Source of the DNA: Octopus sinensis
Taxonomy: Eukaryota
DNA: 64,000 bases
Assembly: GCF_006345805.1 (NCBI RefSeq)
Contig: NC_042997.1
Span: forward strand, 45,384,001 to 45,448,000
Direction of reading: 5' to 3'
Below, piece after piece: positions 36,724-50,137 of this stretch. Each line of letters starts with the position of its first letter. Position 1 is the stretch's first letter. The notes under the pieces are model-generated. The model ran no database searches. It had not been told where the DNA came from and worked only from the letters and a program-made list of their open reading frames with translations. A program made the position numbers and the translations under genes.

Positions 36724-39519
36724 TATGTTTATTATAATCAATTCTTTCTTTCTTTTTTAGATATCATGAGTTATTGTGCCATTGAAGTAAAAAGAATTTG
36801 ACTGCATGCAGGAAGGTTACATGTTCAAATATAATAAAACGGTAATGAGCTGAGTTGTGACGAGTATTTGGAATAATATTCAAGGAATTTCAGTTCTAAA
36901 AACTGTTTCTTATTATAATTAAATATCTAGAATTGCAGAACAATAAAAGCTTCACTAGAAAGGAATCTGTTGTTTTTTTTTTTTCTTCAGATTTTAAGGT
37001 GGTGCTCCAGCATGGCTGCAGTCAAATGACTGAAACAAGTAAAGAAAAAAGAATACAAAAAGGAAAACAAAAAATTGTTTTAGTCATTAGTTTGACAATA
37101 TTGGTAGCACTCAGAGTTTTCTTAAATCCACATTAATTAGAGATAGAAATGTCATAGTTTGTAGTTAGTATGATTAATATTCAAACTGAAATATTGCAAG
37201 TCAGAGTTGATGGAAAGGATGAGGAAAGATTTTACATTAAAATGTAGTTGTAAGAGGGAAAGGTGGAGGCAAACCTTTAAAATGGGATTTGAGTTAGGAG
37301 TGAAATGTAATAGAAATGAAAAGAGCAGAGGTTGTGATAGGTGATAGAGTCAGCAGTTTCAGAGTATCAGAAGCATGTTGTAGGCTAGTTGTTAGGGTGT
37401 GTTCTTCAGATGGTCTTGTCTATTAAAATGGCATCTTTTTCTTGTAGGAGTTCTAAACTAATGACATCATAACATCATACAGAGAGAAAAGCAAGTTTTG
37501 GTGGAAAGGAAGAAATAATAATAATAATAAAAAAAACAGATAAAAGTATATATTAAAGAGTAAGAGAATAAAAATAAGAAATGACTGCACTTTCTTTGGT
37601 TTGCTTTTAATAGCAAAATCCAAGTAGACTGATTCAGTTATGCACAATGCAAAGTCTTAGATACATTATACTAGGAAAAAAAAAAAAAGAAACCTGGAGT
37701 GATGGATGGAATGCTTTTGATCATAGGTCTGCTCCATCAGAGAAGACTTGGGGCTAAACAACAATAACAGCATTAAAACTACAACAAAATCCATCTGAAT
37801 GTTGTAATGAGAGCACAGCAATAGATACAACATAAGTAAAATCTCAATTGCATCAAATGGTAGGATATCTTTTCCTTTGAGGGAAGAAAAAGACTTAATT
37901 TCTAAAGGAAACAGTAAAATTGTATCATCCATCACAATCCTGCAATCATTGCACACAACTTGGAGAGTTAATGGGCTGGAATGAATTAGTTTGACGATGC
38001 CAAGATACTTATAGTAACTAGCTTAACCTTAGTAAAGGTACTTATAGTAATAGCTTAACATTAGGACAAATCCTGATGATTAAAATGACTATGATTAAGT
38101 GAAAGTACTGAAAACACAAGATAATTTTTTTATTCCCAGCTTCTTATTCTTAATATATTGTTTCCTGCAGCCTCACAAATGAAGTCTAACTGGTCTCAAT
38201 GAGAATATGTATCAAACCATTAAATTAAGCCTGTTCAAAGGATCATTTATTTTTCTCCTTAGTAAGTGATAAAGAATAATAAAAAAAATCAGAATACTGA
38301 TCTTTAGCACATATGATAAAATGAGGCATAGTGATTAGAAAACAACCTTGGATAGCAGGATATAGGAGCAAAGGATGTAAAATGAAAACTGGAAGGGAAA
38401 ATATCATTTACATTTGCTTAAATATTCAACTTATATTAAAAACATCTAAATCAAGAGCACCACCCAACCATTATGAAAATAAAATAAACCAAAACAAAAT
38501 TTAAATGATTAGCTTTCATTCATTGAAATCACAAATTATAGTTCATATTTCAGTTAGATATAACCTAGTTCCAGAGTTGACCAGTTTCTTAAATAAATAG
38601 ATATATTTCTGTTTTTACCATAATTCTCAGACATTAGAGAACTGTTGGAATTTTTGGATTATTAGAATTTTAGGTCAATATATGGCAAATATATCATATA
38701 TCATGTAGTATCACACATTAATTTCTTATCCAATAGCTGTTTTCTTCCAGAAACTAAACTTCATAGGTTTCAACTTATATATCAGTAGTCAGTTAAATTC
38801 TCAAAATAGCCATGCATATGTTCAGCAACGGCACCTATTTTAATTTGTATAAGACGGATTAAGTTGTCATAGTAATGAAAGAATTTATCTCCAGTGATTT
38901 CATCAATAGTTAGACTGTTTACTAAGTCTGTCAATTTGTTATGGTTTTCACAAGGCTGTCATCATCTGTGTCAATGTACATTCTCCTCTCGCATCTCTTA
39001 GAAAGGCAAAATTTCATTAGAAACTATACAGCACTTTGAATTAAATTCTATCATACTATATATGTACTACAACTTACAGTGCTAGAGAGTTCAACATTTC
39101 CATTAATCATTGCTTTCTTTTTTTTTTTTTTACTTTTTAAATTTTGTTTTTAGTTCCGTAGAAATAGTAATATAATGAAATTATGTCAGACTCATTTCAT
39201 AGCTGTCTGATTAATTTTAACATGTGTATCAGGTTGTAAAATACTTACCTAACCAGTTAAATGTCATTATCATTATTCTAACATTCATTTTATCTTGTTC
39301 GTAGGTTAGATTTAATCTACCATATAGCATATCACTATTATGGCTTCTCTTCTAGGATTCTCAAGAAAATTGGCTAATAATGTAATAAGTAATTCTCAGG
39401 ATTGTATTCTATTTTCTAGGAATGTCCAACCATATTATTTAAAAACTAGTAATATATTGCAACACAGTCTTAAAATTTCTCAGGTGGTTCAACATTTAAA
39501 GATTATTCATAAAGACATT

Positions 39520-41080
39520 TTCTCATAAAAAAGTACAATTGAAATTGATGAATATGAATTTTCTTTAAGAGGAATTGATGAACAGAAGATAACCATTTCC
39601 ATTGCTAAAGGAAACTGGAACTGTAGAAAAAATAGTATCCAAAACTGCTGCTATTGATGGGATTTTCTATGAATGCAATAGTTGAAAGTGCTTTTATGAG
39701 AAAAGCTCTTACGGGTAAAGGTTTGGTTTCAGCAGAAGAATGGTTCTTATTTTGGTGTAGGATGATATGACATCAATATGATTTAAAAAAAATTTGATCA
39801 GTGAAATAAAAGAGAAAAATTCTGGAAATTCAGTGTTTATTTAGATGAATATACATCACTGCATACTTGCAGATATTTGAATGTAAGTGTTCACTTTTTA
39901 GTAAATTCTAGAATTTAAGAATAATCAGAATTTATGGAAATTATTTACCTGCTGAAGAAAATATTATTAAATTTTTAGAAATAAAGCTTTCTGAATGCAA
40001 CATGGATTTGAGAGAAAAATGTAATTACATTCATAACTGAAAGAGCAAGTGTCTTAGTCAAAGTTGGTTAAGGATATTAACTGCAGACATCAATTGTGTT
40101 TCACAGATGAACTTCATTTGGTAGTTTGATGTTCTTCACAAGAAAACTTAATGAAATTATGATGATATTAATTTAACTAATGACCCTTGAAATGGCAACT
40201 ATGAGGTTGAAGATATATTTGAGAATGAGGATCAAAGCATAAATTCTGAAAATATGATTGTGGTTAATAATTATAGCCATCTGCTGCATATTGAAATAAG
40301 TTTCTATTGCAGAGAATTCCAATGAAGGAAACTCAAACATTAACAATATCATTAAAAAATAAGAACAATAGCCTAATTGTCAATTCAATTCTTAGGTCTC
40401 CAACACATGTAAAAGAAATACTACAGAACATTGTTATGAATTGTAATTAATCAATGCTAAGACAGGATGGAACAGTTTATTTCCAATGTTAAAACAACCC
40501 CTGTTCCTTAAAAGCTGCATTGTAAAAATTAGTGTTGGTATGAGCAACCTCTTGACTTTTCAGACATTGAATTTAATGCTATTCCTGCTGTTGTATCAGC
40601 AAGGGAACCAATTAGAATTAAAAGTTTAAATAAAAATTAAAAACATTCAGTCAAAAGGCTGCCAACTAGATCTCTGCAGAAAGCATATTTGTTTTCTCAA
40701 AGAATTGAATCAACAAAATACTCCAAAGTCATTCTTGCTGAGAAAAATCTGTCTAGAAAAGAACTAAACAATAAAGAACAAAAAGTTTTCATTAGCTTGA
40801 TGAAGTATTTAAATAATTTTTTTCTTAATTTTTGATGCACTTAACTTCAATTTTGCCAGGAGAAACTTCACAGCAAAATACCATAAAGAAACTGTGCAAA
40901 AGAAAGCTCATCGTCCTGTTAGAAGAATCTCCAGCTGTCCTTTTTAAATATCAGTTTGTGATAATTAAAGCCCCATGCTATCAGAAGAAATGTCCCTATT
41001 AGAGAGATTAAATGTTGCCATTAATATGGTCACTGCAAACAATCAAGAGAACACCCAATCATCTACTCCCAAGACTTGAT
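39520..41080 (+). mobile_element. Decayed hAT-superfamily transposase
   Basis: Ordered motifs across frameshifts: FSVYLDEYTSLHTCRYLNVSVH (39829-39894; first catalytic D, cf. LDEWTS), FITERASVLVKVG / DINCRHQLCFTDELHLVV (cf. TDGAS..K, HxxCxAHxxHL), NAKTGWNSLFPMLK (cf. TRWNS). Confidence 0.8.
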
Positions 41081-41289
41081 CCTTAAGGTTGAAACCTCTA
41101 GAACTACTCCTTTGCAGCGCATCTTCTTTATCCATGTTGTAGTTATGTCAATAATGCTAAGTCAGTCATTGGGGATATTACCTTTCAGCACTATCAATAA
41201 TCTAAACAGACACCTACATCACTTGATATTTTCAACATATTTCTGATAAATCTGCCTGTGAATCCCTAATTTGCATAACTAATGATGTC

Positions 41290-42000
41290 TGAGTGAGCTC
41301 TCCTTCCCTCACTCTTTTGCTGAATCTACTTCAGCTATGTTTTCCTTAACCTGTTCAGTTCTTCATTCAGTAACCTTTCATAATAACACTTCCAAGCCTG
41401 TTTCATTTCCCCATCCTTGAGAATGAGAATTCTAGCATTGTTTCAGACAGACTTCTTAATATCTTCATTCATTACCATTCTACATTCATTTTAACCATAC
41501 TTTAAGTTGATCTTTCCTTGCACTGCATATTACCACTTACTTCAATCTCCTGCCATCTTCATGAGGTTTGGCATCTTGAAACTGACTCCTCACCACTTTA
41601 ATTAATATCTTCTTCAATCTTCCTCTTCTACAGACCCCTTCCACCTGGATCACTCCTTCAAATTGTCATTCATCCTTCACATGACACATGCCATATCAAC
41701 GTAGTCTTTCTCTTGCACATAGCAGTTGATTTCTCTCAAGTTTGTTTCCCCCTTTCAGCTCATTTGTGCTCCACTGTTTGTACTGCATATTGATATTAAA
41801 CCTATAGCAGAGCATACTTCCTATATAAGTACATGTCTATGCAATTAGGTATATTCCATGCATCTATAACCTCAACTTCGATCCCTGCTAAATAATCTCA
41901 ATCTATCTTTTCCCCCCTAGCTTCCTAATATTGTTCCTTGCTTCTATGCTTTCTAGGCCTGTCTCTTATTTCTTGAAGAACAATGTTCAAGATAATGTTA
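41290..42000 (-). mobile_element. Decayed RTE-clade LINE coding fragments
   Basis: Minus strand gives AWKCYYERLLNEE and a decayed VQE.RLR.YG...EGVCRRGR segment, typical of the RTE RT region and C-terminus. Confidence 0.55.
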
Positions 42001-42626
42001 CCATACTTAATGCAGCATGTATTAAAACGTTAATTAGGAATAATTATAAGGTGAGAAAAACGGAATATTAATCTAATTAAAACGCCTCAGCAAAGCATAG
42101 ACTCCAATATACTTGCCGAAGGAGCGATGAGAGAATCACTAAATAGCTATAGAATATTTTACATGAGTAGGTGTAAAATTAATAAACTGCAAAGAAATTA
42201 CTCAGAGATGCCTTCTGAATAACAAAAAAAAAACAATTGTCAAATTTGTGTAACTATATTTTCAATGTAATGGGTGTTAAAGAAAGCTAATTAGAAATAA
42301 TTAACCATTCTGGTCTCTGGTATATTTCACCAGAATGAAATCCTGCTACTGGTTTAGTTCCTAATTTATCCATATAACAGGTCAGTGGTTAGTAGTGGTT
42401 AGTAGCATGTCCTTCCTAAAGAGTGCTATCATATTTTCTACTCCATAGTTTTCTCAATTCTATCTGAGTAGGCATCATATGTAATTAAATAGAGGACATC
42501 TCAGCTCCTCCTCTTACAAGGGATTTATTGCCTCATCATCCTTAACCTCAATTTGATGTCACTAACCACTAATCTACACTGGGAACACACAAATTCAGTG
42601 TTTACAATCATTTACCCAAATGGTTT

Positions 42627-42830
42627 ACTCTTTTACTTGTTTCAGTCATTTGACTGCAGCCATGCTGGAGCACCGCCTTTAGTCAAGCAAATCGACCCCG
42701 GGACTTATTCTTTTTGTAAGCCCAGTACTTATTCTATCGGTCTCTTTTGCCAAACCGCTAAGTGACGGGGACGTAAACACACCAGCATCGGTTGTCAAGC
42801 AATGCTAGGGGGACAAACACAGACACACAA

Positions 42831-42861
<31 letters not shown>

Positions 42862-43032
42862 CATATATACGACAGGCTTCTTTCAGTTTCCGTTTACCAA
42901 ATCCACTCACAAGGCATTGGTCAGCCCGGGGCTATAGCAGAAGACACTTGCCCAAGATGTCACGCAGTGGGACTGAACCCGGAACCATGTGGTTGGTTAG
43001 CAAGCTACTTACCACACTGCCACTCCTGTGCC
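42627..43032 (-). mobile_element. SINE family B, full length
   Basis: Reverse complement of 29492-29890. Confidence 0.9.
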
Positions 43033-43304
43033 CTTGTAAAAATACAAAATTAGTTCCACATCATATCCACATATATGGTGGGAGAGCACTTGGCCACTGG
43101 GCTTTATGAAGTATGCATTGCAAATGGAAAGATCATTTGCATAACAGAACCTTGACCCTTGACCAATCTTAATCTTTTAATACTAAAGCTATAGATTCCA
43201 TCTGGTTGTTTTCTATGATGACTATACTGAGTTCATTAATTCTTCAGTTAGCTTGCACAAGGGCATCATAGAACCAGTTATTTTGCTCAGCTATTATTAA
43301 TCCT

Positions 43305-43615
43305 GTGGAGGCGCAATGGCCCAGTGGTTAGGGCAGCGGACTCGCGGTCATAGGATCACGGTTTCGATTCCTAGACTAGGCATTGTGAGTGTTTATTGAG
43401 CGAAAACACCTAAAGCTCCACAAGGCTCCGGCAGGGGGTGATGGCAATCCCTGCTGTACTCTTTCGCCGCAACTTTCTCTCACTCTTTCTTCTGTTGGCC
43501 TGCTCGCTTAGCCAGCGGGGTGGCATCATTTAAAGGCTAAAACAATGTGAAACACATTGTGACCAGCGATGTGTAGCAACATCTGATGGTCTGGTCGGTC
43601 ACGGTGATCACGGTG
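43305..43615 (+). mobile_element. tRNA-derived SINE family D with 12-bp TSD
   Basis: A box tggcccagtgg and B box ggtttcgattcc; tail gtcacggtgatcacggtg; flanked by attattaatcct at 43293-43304 and 43616-43627. Confidence 0.9.
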
Positions 43616-44044
43616 ATTATTAATCCTACTACTCAGGAATCATCTTCAATTCTTCAGTTGCTTTTAGCCATTAGAGCTATAGCCATTCTAAAGCAGACAA
43701 CATGAATGCTATCACATTCCTATCAGTAATCTGAATTTAAAAGTTTTGTTACTCTGACCATCTCAGTAAGAGTATTTCTACATCATCTATACCTAGAGCT
43801 GATACCTACAAAAAAAAAGAACTTGTATTCTCTACTCAGAAGAAGCCTGGTTGAAGCATGTTTTCTTCTCCACAGCACAGGCCTACCTGTCATTGTACAA
43901 GTGCAGACAATGGTAAACCTGAAGCTGGTGGTGCTGATAGCTGATCTTCCAAATAAACCTATTCCAGATTGCTAATACATTCTGTCAGCAACAGCTCCTG
44001 ATGGACATGCCATTGTCTTTTAGAAGCAAGTGAGATTTGAACAC

Positions 44045-44250
44045 AAAATGAACTTGAACAACTAACACAATGCCTCCCCCACCTGATGCCCTAACAATTA
44101 CATCAACCCACCACCTGGGACTAGTACACTTCTTATCAACCCTGAAAAGATGAAGGTTGGTCTTGATGGGATTTGAACTGAGAGCACAGAGGCTAAAACA
44201 AATTCTACAAAATATTTTATGTAACATTCTAATATTTCTGCCAATACATC
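44045..44250 (-). mobile_element. SINE family A, degenerate
   Basis: ttatcaaccctgaaaagatgaaggttggtcttgatgggatttgaactgag, the reverse complement of the family core. Confidence 0.65.
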
Positions 44251-44365
44251 ACACTGAACTTGAAGTTACAGAACTGTGAAGAAGAAAATTCTTCATGAAA
44301 GTTGTGGGATTGCTTCATAAATCAGTTCAGAGGGTTATACAATGGACACTACAATAATTCTAAAT

Positions 44366-44730
44366 TTGCTTTCCAACTATTAACTTCAGGTTCAGTCCAG
44401 CTACAAGTGTCTTCTACTACAGCCTAGGCTGACCAAAGCCTTGTGAGTAGATTTGGTAGGCAGAAACTGAAAGATGCTTGCTGTGTGTGTGTGTGTGTGT
44501 GTGTGTGTGCTTTAAGCAAATGATTTAAAAGAGTATCATTGTCATAGACACAGCATTGTTAATTTCCAATCTTGTGTGGAAATAGCCTGACCATGGGGAA
44601 ATATTACCTTGCATGGAAACAGGCAAGAGTTGGCAACAAGAGGGGCATCTGTCAGTAGAAAATCTATCTCAATGAATTCCATCTGACTGATGCAAGCATG
44701 GAAAAGATGACATTAAAAATTATGATGAAG
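44366..44730 (+). mobile_element. SINE with family-B head and RTE-like tail
   Basis: Same two-part architecture as 20958-21374. Confidence 0.65.
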
Positions 44731-45035
44731 AGGATGACGGTAATCATGATATCAAAGATAGAGAGAGATGTAGTGATTTAAAACGAATGCGTAATAAAAC
44801 TATACAGATAAATAAAAACATATGAAAATGAAAACAAGAATAACATCTCTTTTCTGTGTGCTACCTTCCAACACCGGCTTTAGAGGAGTGTACGAAGCAA
44901 CAAACTGAATTTAAATCATCTTTTAGTCTTTTTTCATAAAATTTTGGGAAAACATATAAAGCAGGATATATTAGTGTAGTGTGAAGAAAAGGAAAATTAC
45001 TGTTTCTTGCAATGCTCACTGCTATGACATTATCC

Positions 45036-46016
45036 TGATCATCCTCGTCATCATCATCATCATCACCATCATGACATTTATTTTCCATGTTAGTATGGGT
45101 TAGAGAGTTTGACAGGATCTGGTATGTCTAAGGACTACATCATACCCCAATATCTGCAAAAGCAGACACTGCAGTACAATGTCCTTTCTATGGCTGCTGC
45201 GTTTCCTGGAGCCAACCATATTAGAGTGTGCTGGGTGATACTTTTGTGGCACCAGCACTAGAGAGGTTGCCATGTAGTTTCTCTTTCAACTGAGTAGAGC
45301 TACAGTTGATAATCATTTTAACAGAATACCACCATGTCTCTATTTCATGTGTATTCTACTAAACTGACCGTTATTAATATATTTACAATAATTTGAGAAG
45401 ACTAGTGTGGGATATATGTGAGAACAGGTTTTCTCTTTTAACCCTTATCCTCCACTTCGAAGAATCATCATCATTTAAGATCTGCTTTTACATGCTGGAA
45501 TGGGTTACACAGTTTGACTGGAACTGATAAGCTGGAGAACTGCACCAGGTTTCAGTCTGGCTTGGCATAGTTTCTATGGCTGGATGCACTCCCTAACGCC
45601 AACCATTCCAAGAGTGTAATGAGTGTTTTTTACACTATGGGTATGGGTGCCATTTACGTGACATTGGCAACAGCCATGACAATGATTTCCCAGATGGCAT
45701 TTACATGACACCAGAAATGGCCATTACCCCAAATAGAAATCATCATCGTTTAACGTCCGTTTTCTGTGCTAGCACGGGTTGGACAGTTCGACCGGGGTCT
45801 GGGGAGCCAGGGGCTGCACCAGGCTCCAGTCTGATCTGGCAGTGTTTCTACAGCTGGATGCCCTTCCTAACGCCAACCACTCCGCAAGTGTAGTGGGTAC
45901 TTTTTATGTGCCACCTGCACAGGTGCCAGGGGGGGTCTGGCATCGGCCATGATCGGCTGGTGCTTTTAACGTGCCACCGGCACGGAAGCCAGTCAAGGCG
46001 GCGCTGGCATTGGCCA
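45036..46016 (-). mobile_element. Three clustered RTE-type 3' ends (about 45036-45290, 45465-45715, 45739-46016)
   Basis: Each starts with (CAT)n on plus followed by the family block; the third is least diverged. Confidence 0.7.
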
Positions 46017-47109
46017 AAATCTCCATCACATTACCATCTTAGCATGAAAACAACACATCAGATAATGTAGTTCTAGGAAAGACATGGTATCAAGGGGAAA
46101 AAAAAATAGAGGTGGCCATGACTAGATTGCCTTTGATTATGAATAAGCTCAATCAAGGATGACCTGGGGTTAAACAACAGCAACATCAATCTTCAAAGAA
46201 CATTTTAAGAGGACAAGTGTTCCTTAGAAAAGATAATACAGTTAGAATGTTAGTAGTAAGATCTGGTGGAGAAAAAAGTTAAGTAATAATATTTCATTAA
46301 AGAGATTTAATATTGAGCAAATGAAATTAAGAAAGCTGAAGTCGAGACAGATAAAAATATAACAAAAAGTTAAAACAGAAAGTGATCACCCCAATTATAA
46401 ATGTGTGCTTTCATCAAAGTTAGGCAACAGTAAAACAAATATCTAACAGTGAAGTTATGATTTAAAGAGTGTTAGTTTCTGTTTTCTCTTTTTTTTTTTT
46501 TTTTTTGTTACTGAATGCTTTAACCAAAGACAAGTTAATCCGTTCATAAATGCCCTCATACGCCAATTTTATACTATAGATCTTAAGATAGGATCATTAA
46601 GTGGCGTTGTTTTATGATGTTTTCCTTCCATCGCTCTATTAAGGAATGCCTGACAGGTGTAGAAAATCGAATTTGAGCAAATGTTAGGTCAATAAATGAT
46701 TCTGCATAGACTCAACGCAATGCGTGAGTGTGTGTGCGTGCATGTGTGCTTGCATGCAGGTGCATGCATGTGTGTGTATGTGCATACTTTTTAATTGTAT
46801 CCATTAGAGGTAAGAAGAAGTAAAGAAAAAACAAACAAAAAGCAAAAAGAAAATAATAAAGCGGCAATCAAGCTTCAACGCTAATTGCACAATTAGCTAT
46901 GTAAAATGTTTGCGCAGCTTTGTACAATAAGAATATAGTGATAGATGTGATCAGACAGACCAGCCTTCTCCAAGCAGACAGAAAAACAGATGCTAAATAG
47001 AATGATTACGATAAAATACATCTTACTAAAGCCCACTAATTTTACTTCATTTACTATCAGAATTCACTGACATTTTTTGACTCATGTCAGGAAACACATA
47101 CACACACAC

Positions 47110-47148
<39 letters not shown>

Positions 47149-49425
47149 CTATGTTCTATAATCATCTCAGTTATGGTCTGGGTAGAGCGCTAAGATTTCA
47201 ATTATGGGTTTTCCCCAGTCCGGGAATTATGTAAGCTGATCTGGAATTTTGCCAATATAGTTATTTAACACTGTTCTGGATTCATAAAACTTGATTACAA
47301 TGTTTGGGGACCATATTATAGGATTTTCTCAATAATTTGTATGATGTGGGGTTTTTTCCTATATGCAGGGTTAAAAGGGCATTTGGATAGAAAGACATGA
47401 CTTCTTTCCATTCCTAGAATATCATAGGATTTGAGAGAGAGGAGGAGGATGAAGAGTGAGGGGGGAGATAGGTAGACAGACAGATATACAAACCCCCCCC
47501 CCCCATTTTCCTTTTCTTTTTATTTTACAACCATTACCAATAAGTGGAGTATTGCACTGCATCTTATCTCAGTTTTCAAAGCACTGAGTGATTGAGATAT
47601 ATTTTCCTAGATAAAGTGCTGATCTATAATGGTTAATCTATTGCTAGTCTTTTTTTTTTCTTTTTTTGATATGGGAGAATTTTGGCTTTCTATTGCAAAG
47701 TAACTAAACACTTGTGAATTATATAGTAAATTTGGTGGTTCCACCATTGAAATACACTTCTCTGAATACCTATTTAAAGTTAGCACCGAAAGATGATATT
47801 AGTAGGTATTATCTTGGTTATACATTAAATTAGTTCGTTTTTATGTATTTGATATATCATTTTAAATAAAAAGAATTCTAGAAGTAACCATATTATATCA
47901 AAGATTCAGCACATACTTCTCCCAGAAATTTTTTCAATAACTTTACTTGAGGATTTTATAGAGAGAAACCTATTATTTTGGAAGATAATTTGATTTGAAG
48001 TAAGCATTTCAGAAAATGTGACATATCAGACAAATTACATAGAAAAGTTTTAGATATGTAGAAAATGAAAAGAATATTTTTCTTTATGTTACTATAAAAC
48101 TAAATAAAACTAGATTAAAATTGTACAGTGTCATTATACCTACTGTATATATCTTAAGTCTTTGCCAATTATTTCAAAATGAACTGAGAAGATAAATAGG
48201 AATAGTACAAAAAAAAAAATAAAAGGAAATGAAAAGAAAGTAACATCATTTGAAATTAAAAAGAAAAAAAAAATATCTCTTCAGACATTAGATAGAGTAA
48301 TACTACGAAAAATTAATAAATATCTCCAGGTTCTTATAATTACTGCATTTAGAAACTGTCTTAATTGCCAATTTGTAAAATGGAATATTGGGGAAAAAAA
48401 TTATCTTACAAGAAAAGAACTAACAAACAATAAAAATATCAAAGAGAAAGACAAGAAAAGGGTTAAATATAGAGTTTATAAAGCAAGAACTTCATTTACT
48501 TGATCAACAACAATAACAACAACAACACTGTGTATACAGCAGAATTAAATTCATCAAGTTAATTTCTTGGATTTAGAAACAGCTACTTCAAAACTCACTT
48601 CAATTCTTCGACATTTTTTAACATTTTTTTATATAACTTTTTTTTAGTTTTTTTTTTTTTTGAAGGCTGTAATTAAATTTGCTAAACAACAATAATATAA
48701 AGAATGGCTGTTGAATATGATGGTCAACATAGTTTACCAGTAGCAATCAATATGTTAACATTTGAGTCTGTATTAAAATCGGTTTTCGAAATGATGCTTT
48801 CTAAATTGAACAAATGAAAACACTAATTAAATCTAAAGCTAATAAATTGCAAGATAGATTTATGATCGAGTGGAAGGAGGAGGATAAAAAGAAACAAAAA
48901 CAGATAAAATGATAAAAAAAATATAAACATTGTCAATTCACAATTTCTATGAAGAGAAAAATCAATAAGAAAGAAGTGTGTGTGTGTGTGTGTGTATGTG
49001 TGTGGAGGGGGTAAGAATAGAAAGATAAAAAGAAATAAATAGACAAACAGACTGAGATAAATGGGGGTTGAGAGCCTTATTAAAATAAGTCATACATACA
49101 ATATTTCTGCACTAAATTTGAGAGATGTGCTTTTGAAAAATTAAGAGATAATTAAAGAGGATGTTAGGTGCAGACATTTATTTCCTTTACAAATGTTAAC
49201 AACATTACTTTTGTTTTGCTCTTTTTCTCCCTGTCAAGTCAAATTTCCATTTTTTTTTTTTCTTCTTTTGCTATTTCCACAGGGGGAAAAAAAAAGAAAA
49301 GAAATGGTAAGGTGAACAAATCGATAGATTCTTTTAAAAATCTTTGAATTTTAGATGAAATACATACAATACATAACCAATTTGTCTTGTCATCACGAAT
49401 ATCCATCAAGGTGATAAAATTAGGC

Positions 49426-49498
<73 letters not shown>

Positions 49499-49729
49499 AG
49501 TGTTTCTAGAACCCTTACTTACGAGGTTCTGAAAGCACTAACCCAAAGATGGTGGAAGAGAAAATTACCTGAAACACCTTGAAAATACAGTAATATGCGC
49601 ATGCACATACACACACATACGTATGTGCACACCAACATTAGTGCATCAGAAGGAAGATAGAATAAATAATTGAAAGATGGGTTTAGGTTACAAGTTGGTA
49701 ATTTACTCCAAGTATTCTTGCTTGCCTTC

Positions 49730-50137
49730 AGGTGCAAATATACCTGTGTGGTTAAGAAGCTTTCTTTGCGACCATTTTGTTTTGGGTTCAATCCTACAGC
49801 GGAGCACCCCCACCAAATGTCTTTTACTATAACCCTAGACCAACCAATGCCTTGTGAGTGAACTTGGTAGACAGAAATGGTGTGGAATCCTGCAGTGTGT
49901 GTGTGTGTGTGTGTGCATATGTGCATGTGTATGTGGGTATGAGTTTGCCATCCCACCACAGCTTGACAATTGGTGATGGTTTGTTTGTTTCCCCATAACT
50001 ATGTGGTTCAGGAAAAGATACCAATAGAATAATTTCCAAACTCAAAAAGAAAATACTGGAGTTGATTTGTTCAACTAAAACCATTGCTTCAGCATGGCTG
50101 CAGTCCAATGACTGAAACCAGGTAAAGATAAAAGATA
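49730..50137 (+). mobile_element. SINE family B, old copy
   Basis: ctgtgtggttaagaagc...gccttgtgagtgaacttggtagacagaaat...cagcatggctgcagtccaatgactgaaac. Confidence 0.75.

Noticed and set aside
43305-43385. Possible tRNA gene
   Set aside because: Only A and B boxes are kept, no clean cloverleaf; it continues into a SINE body with a TSD.
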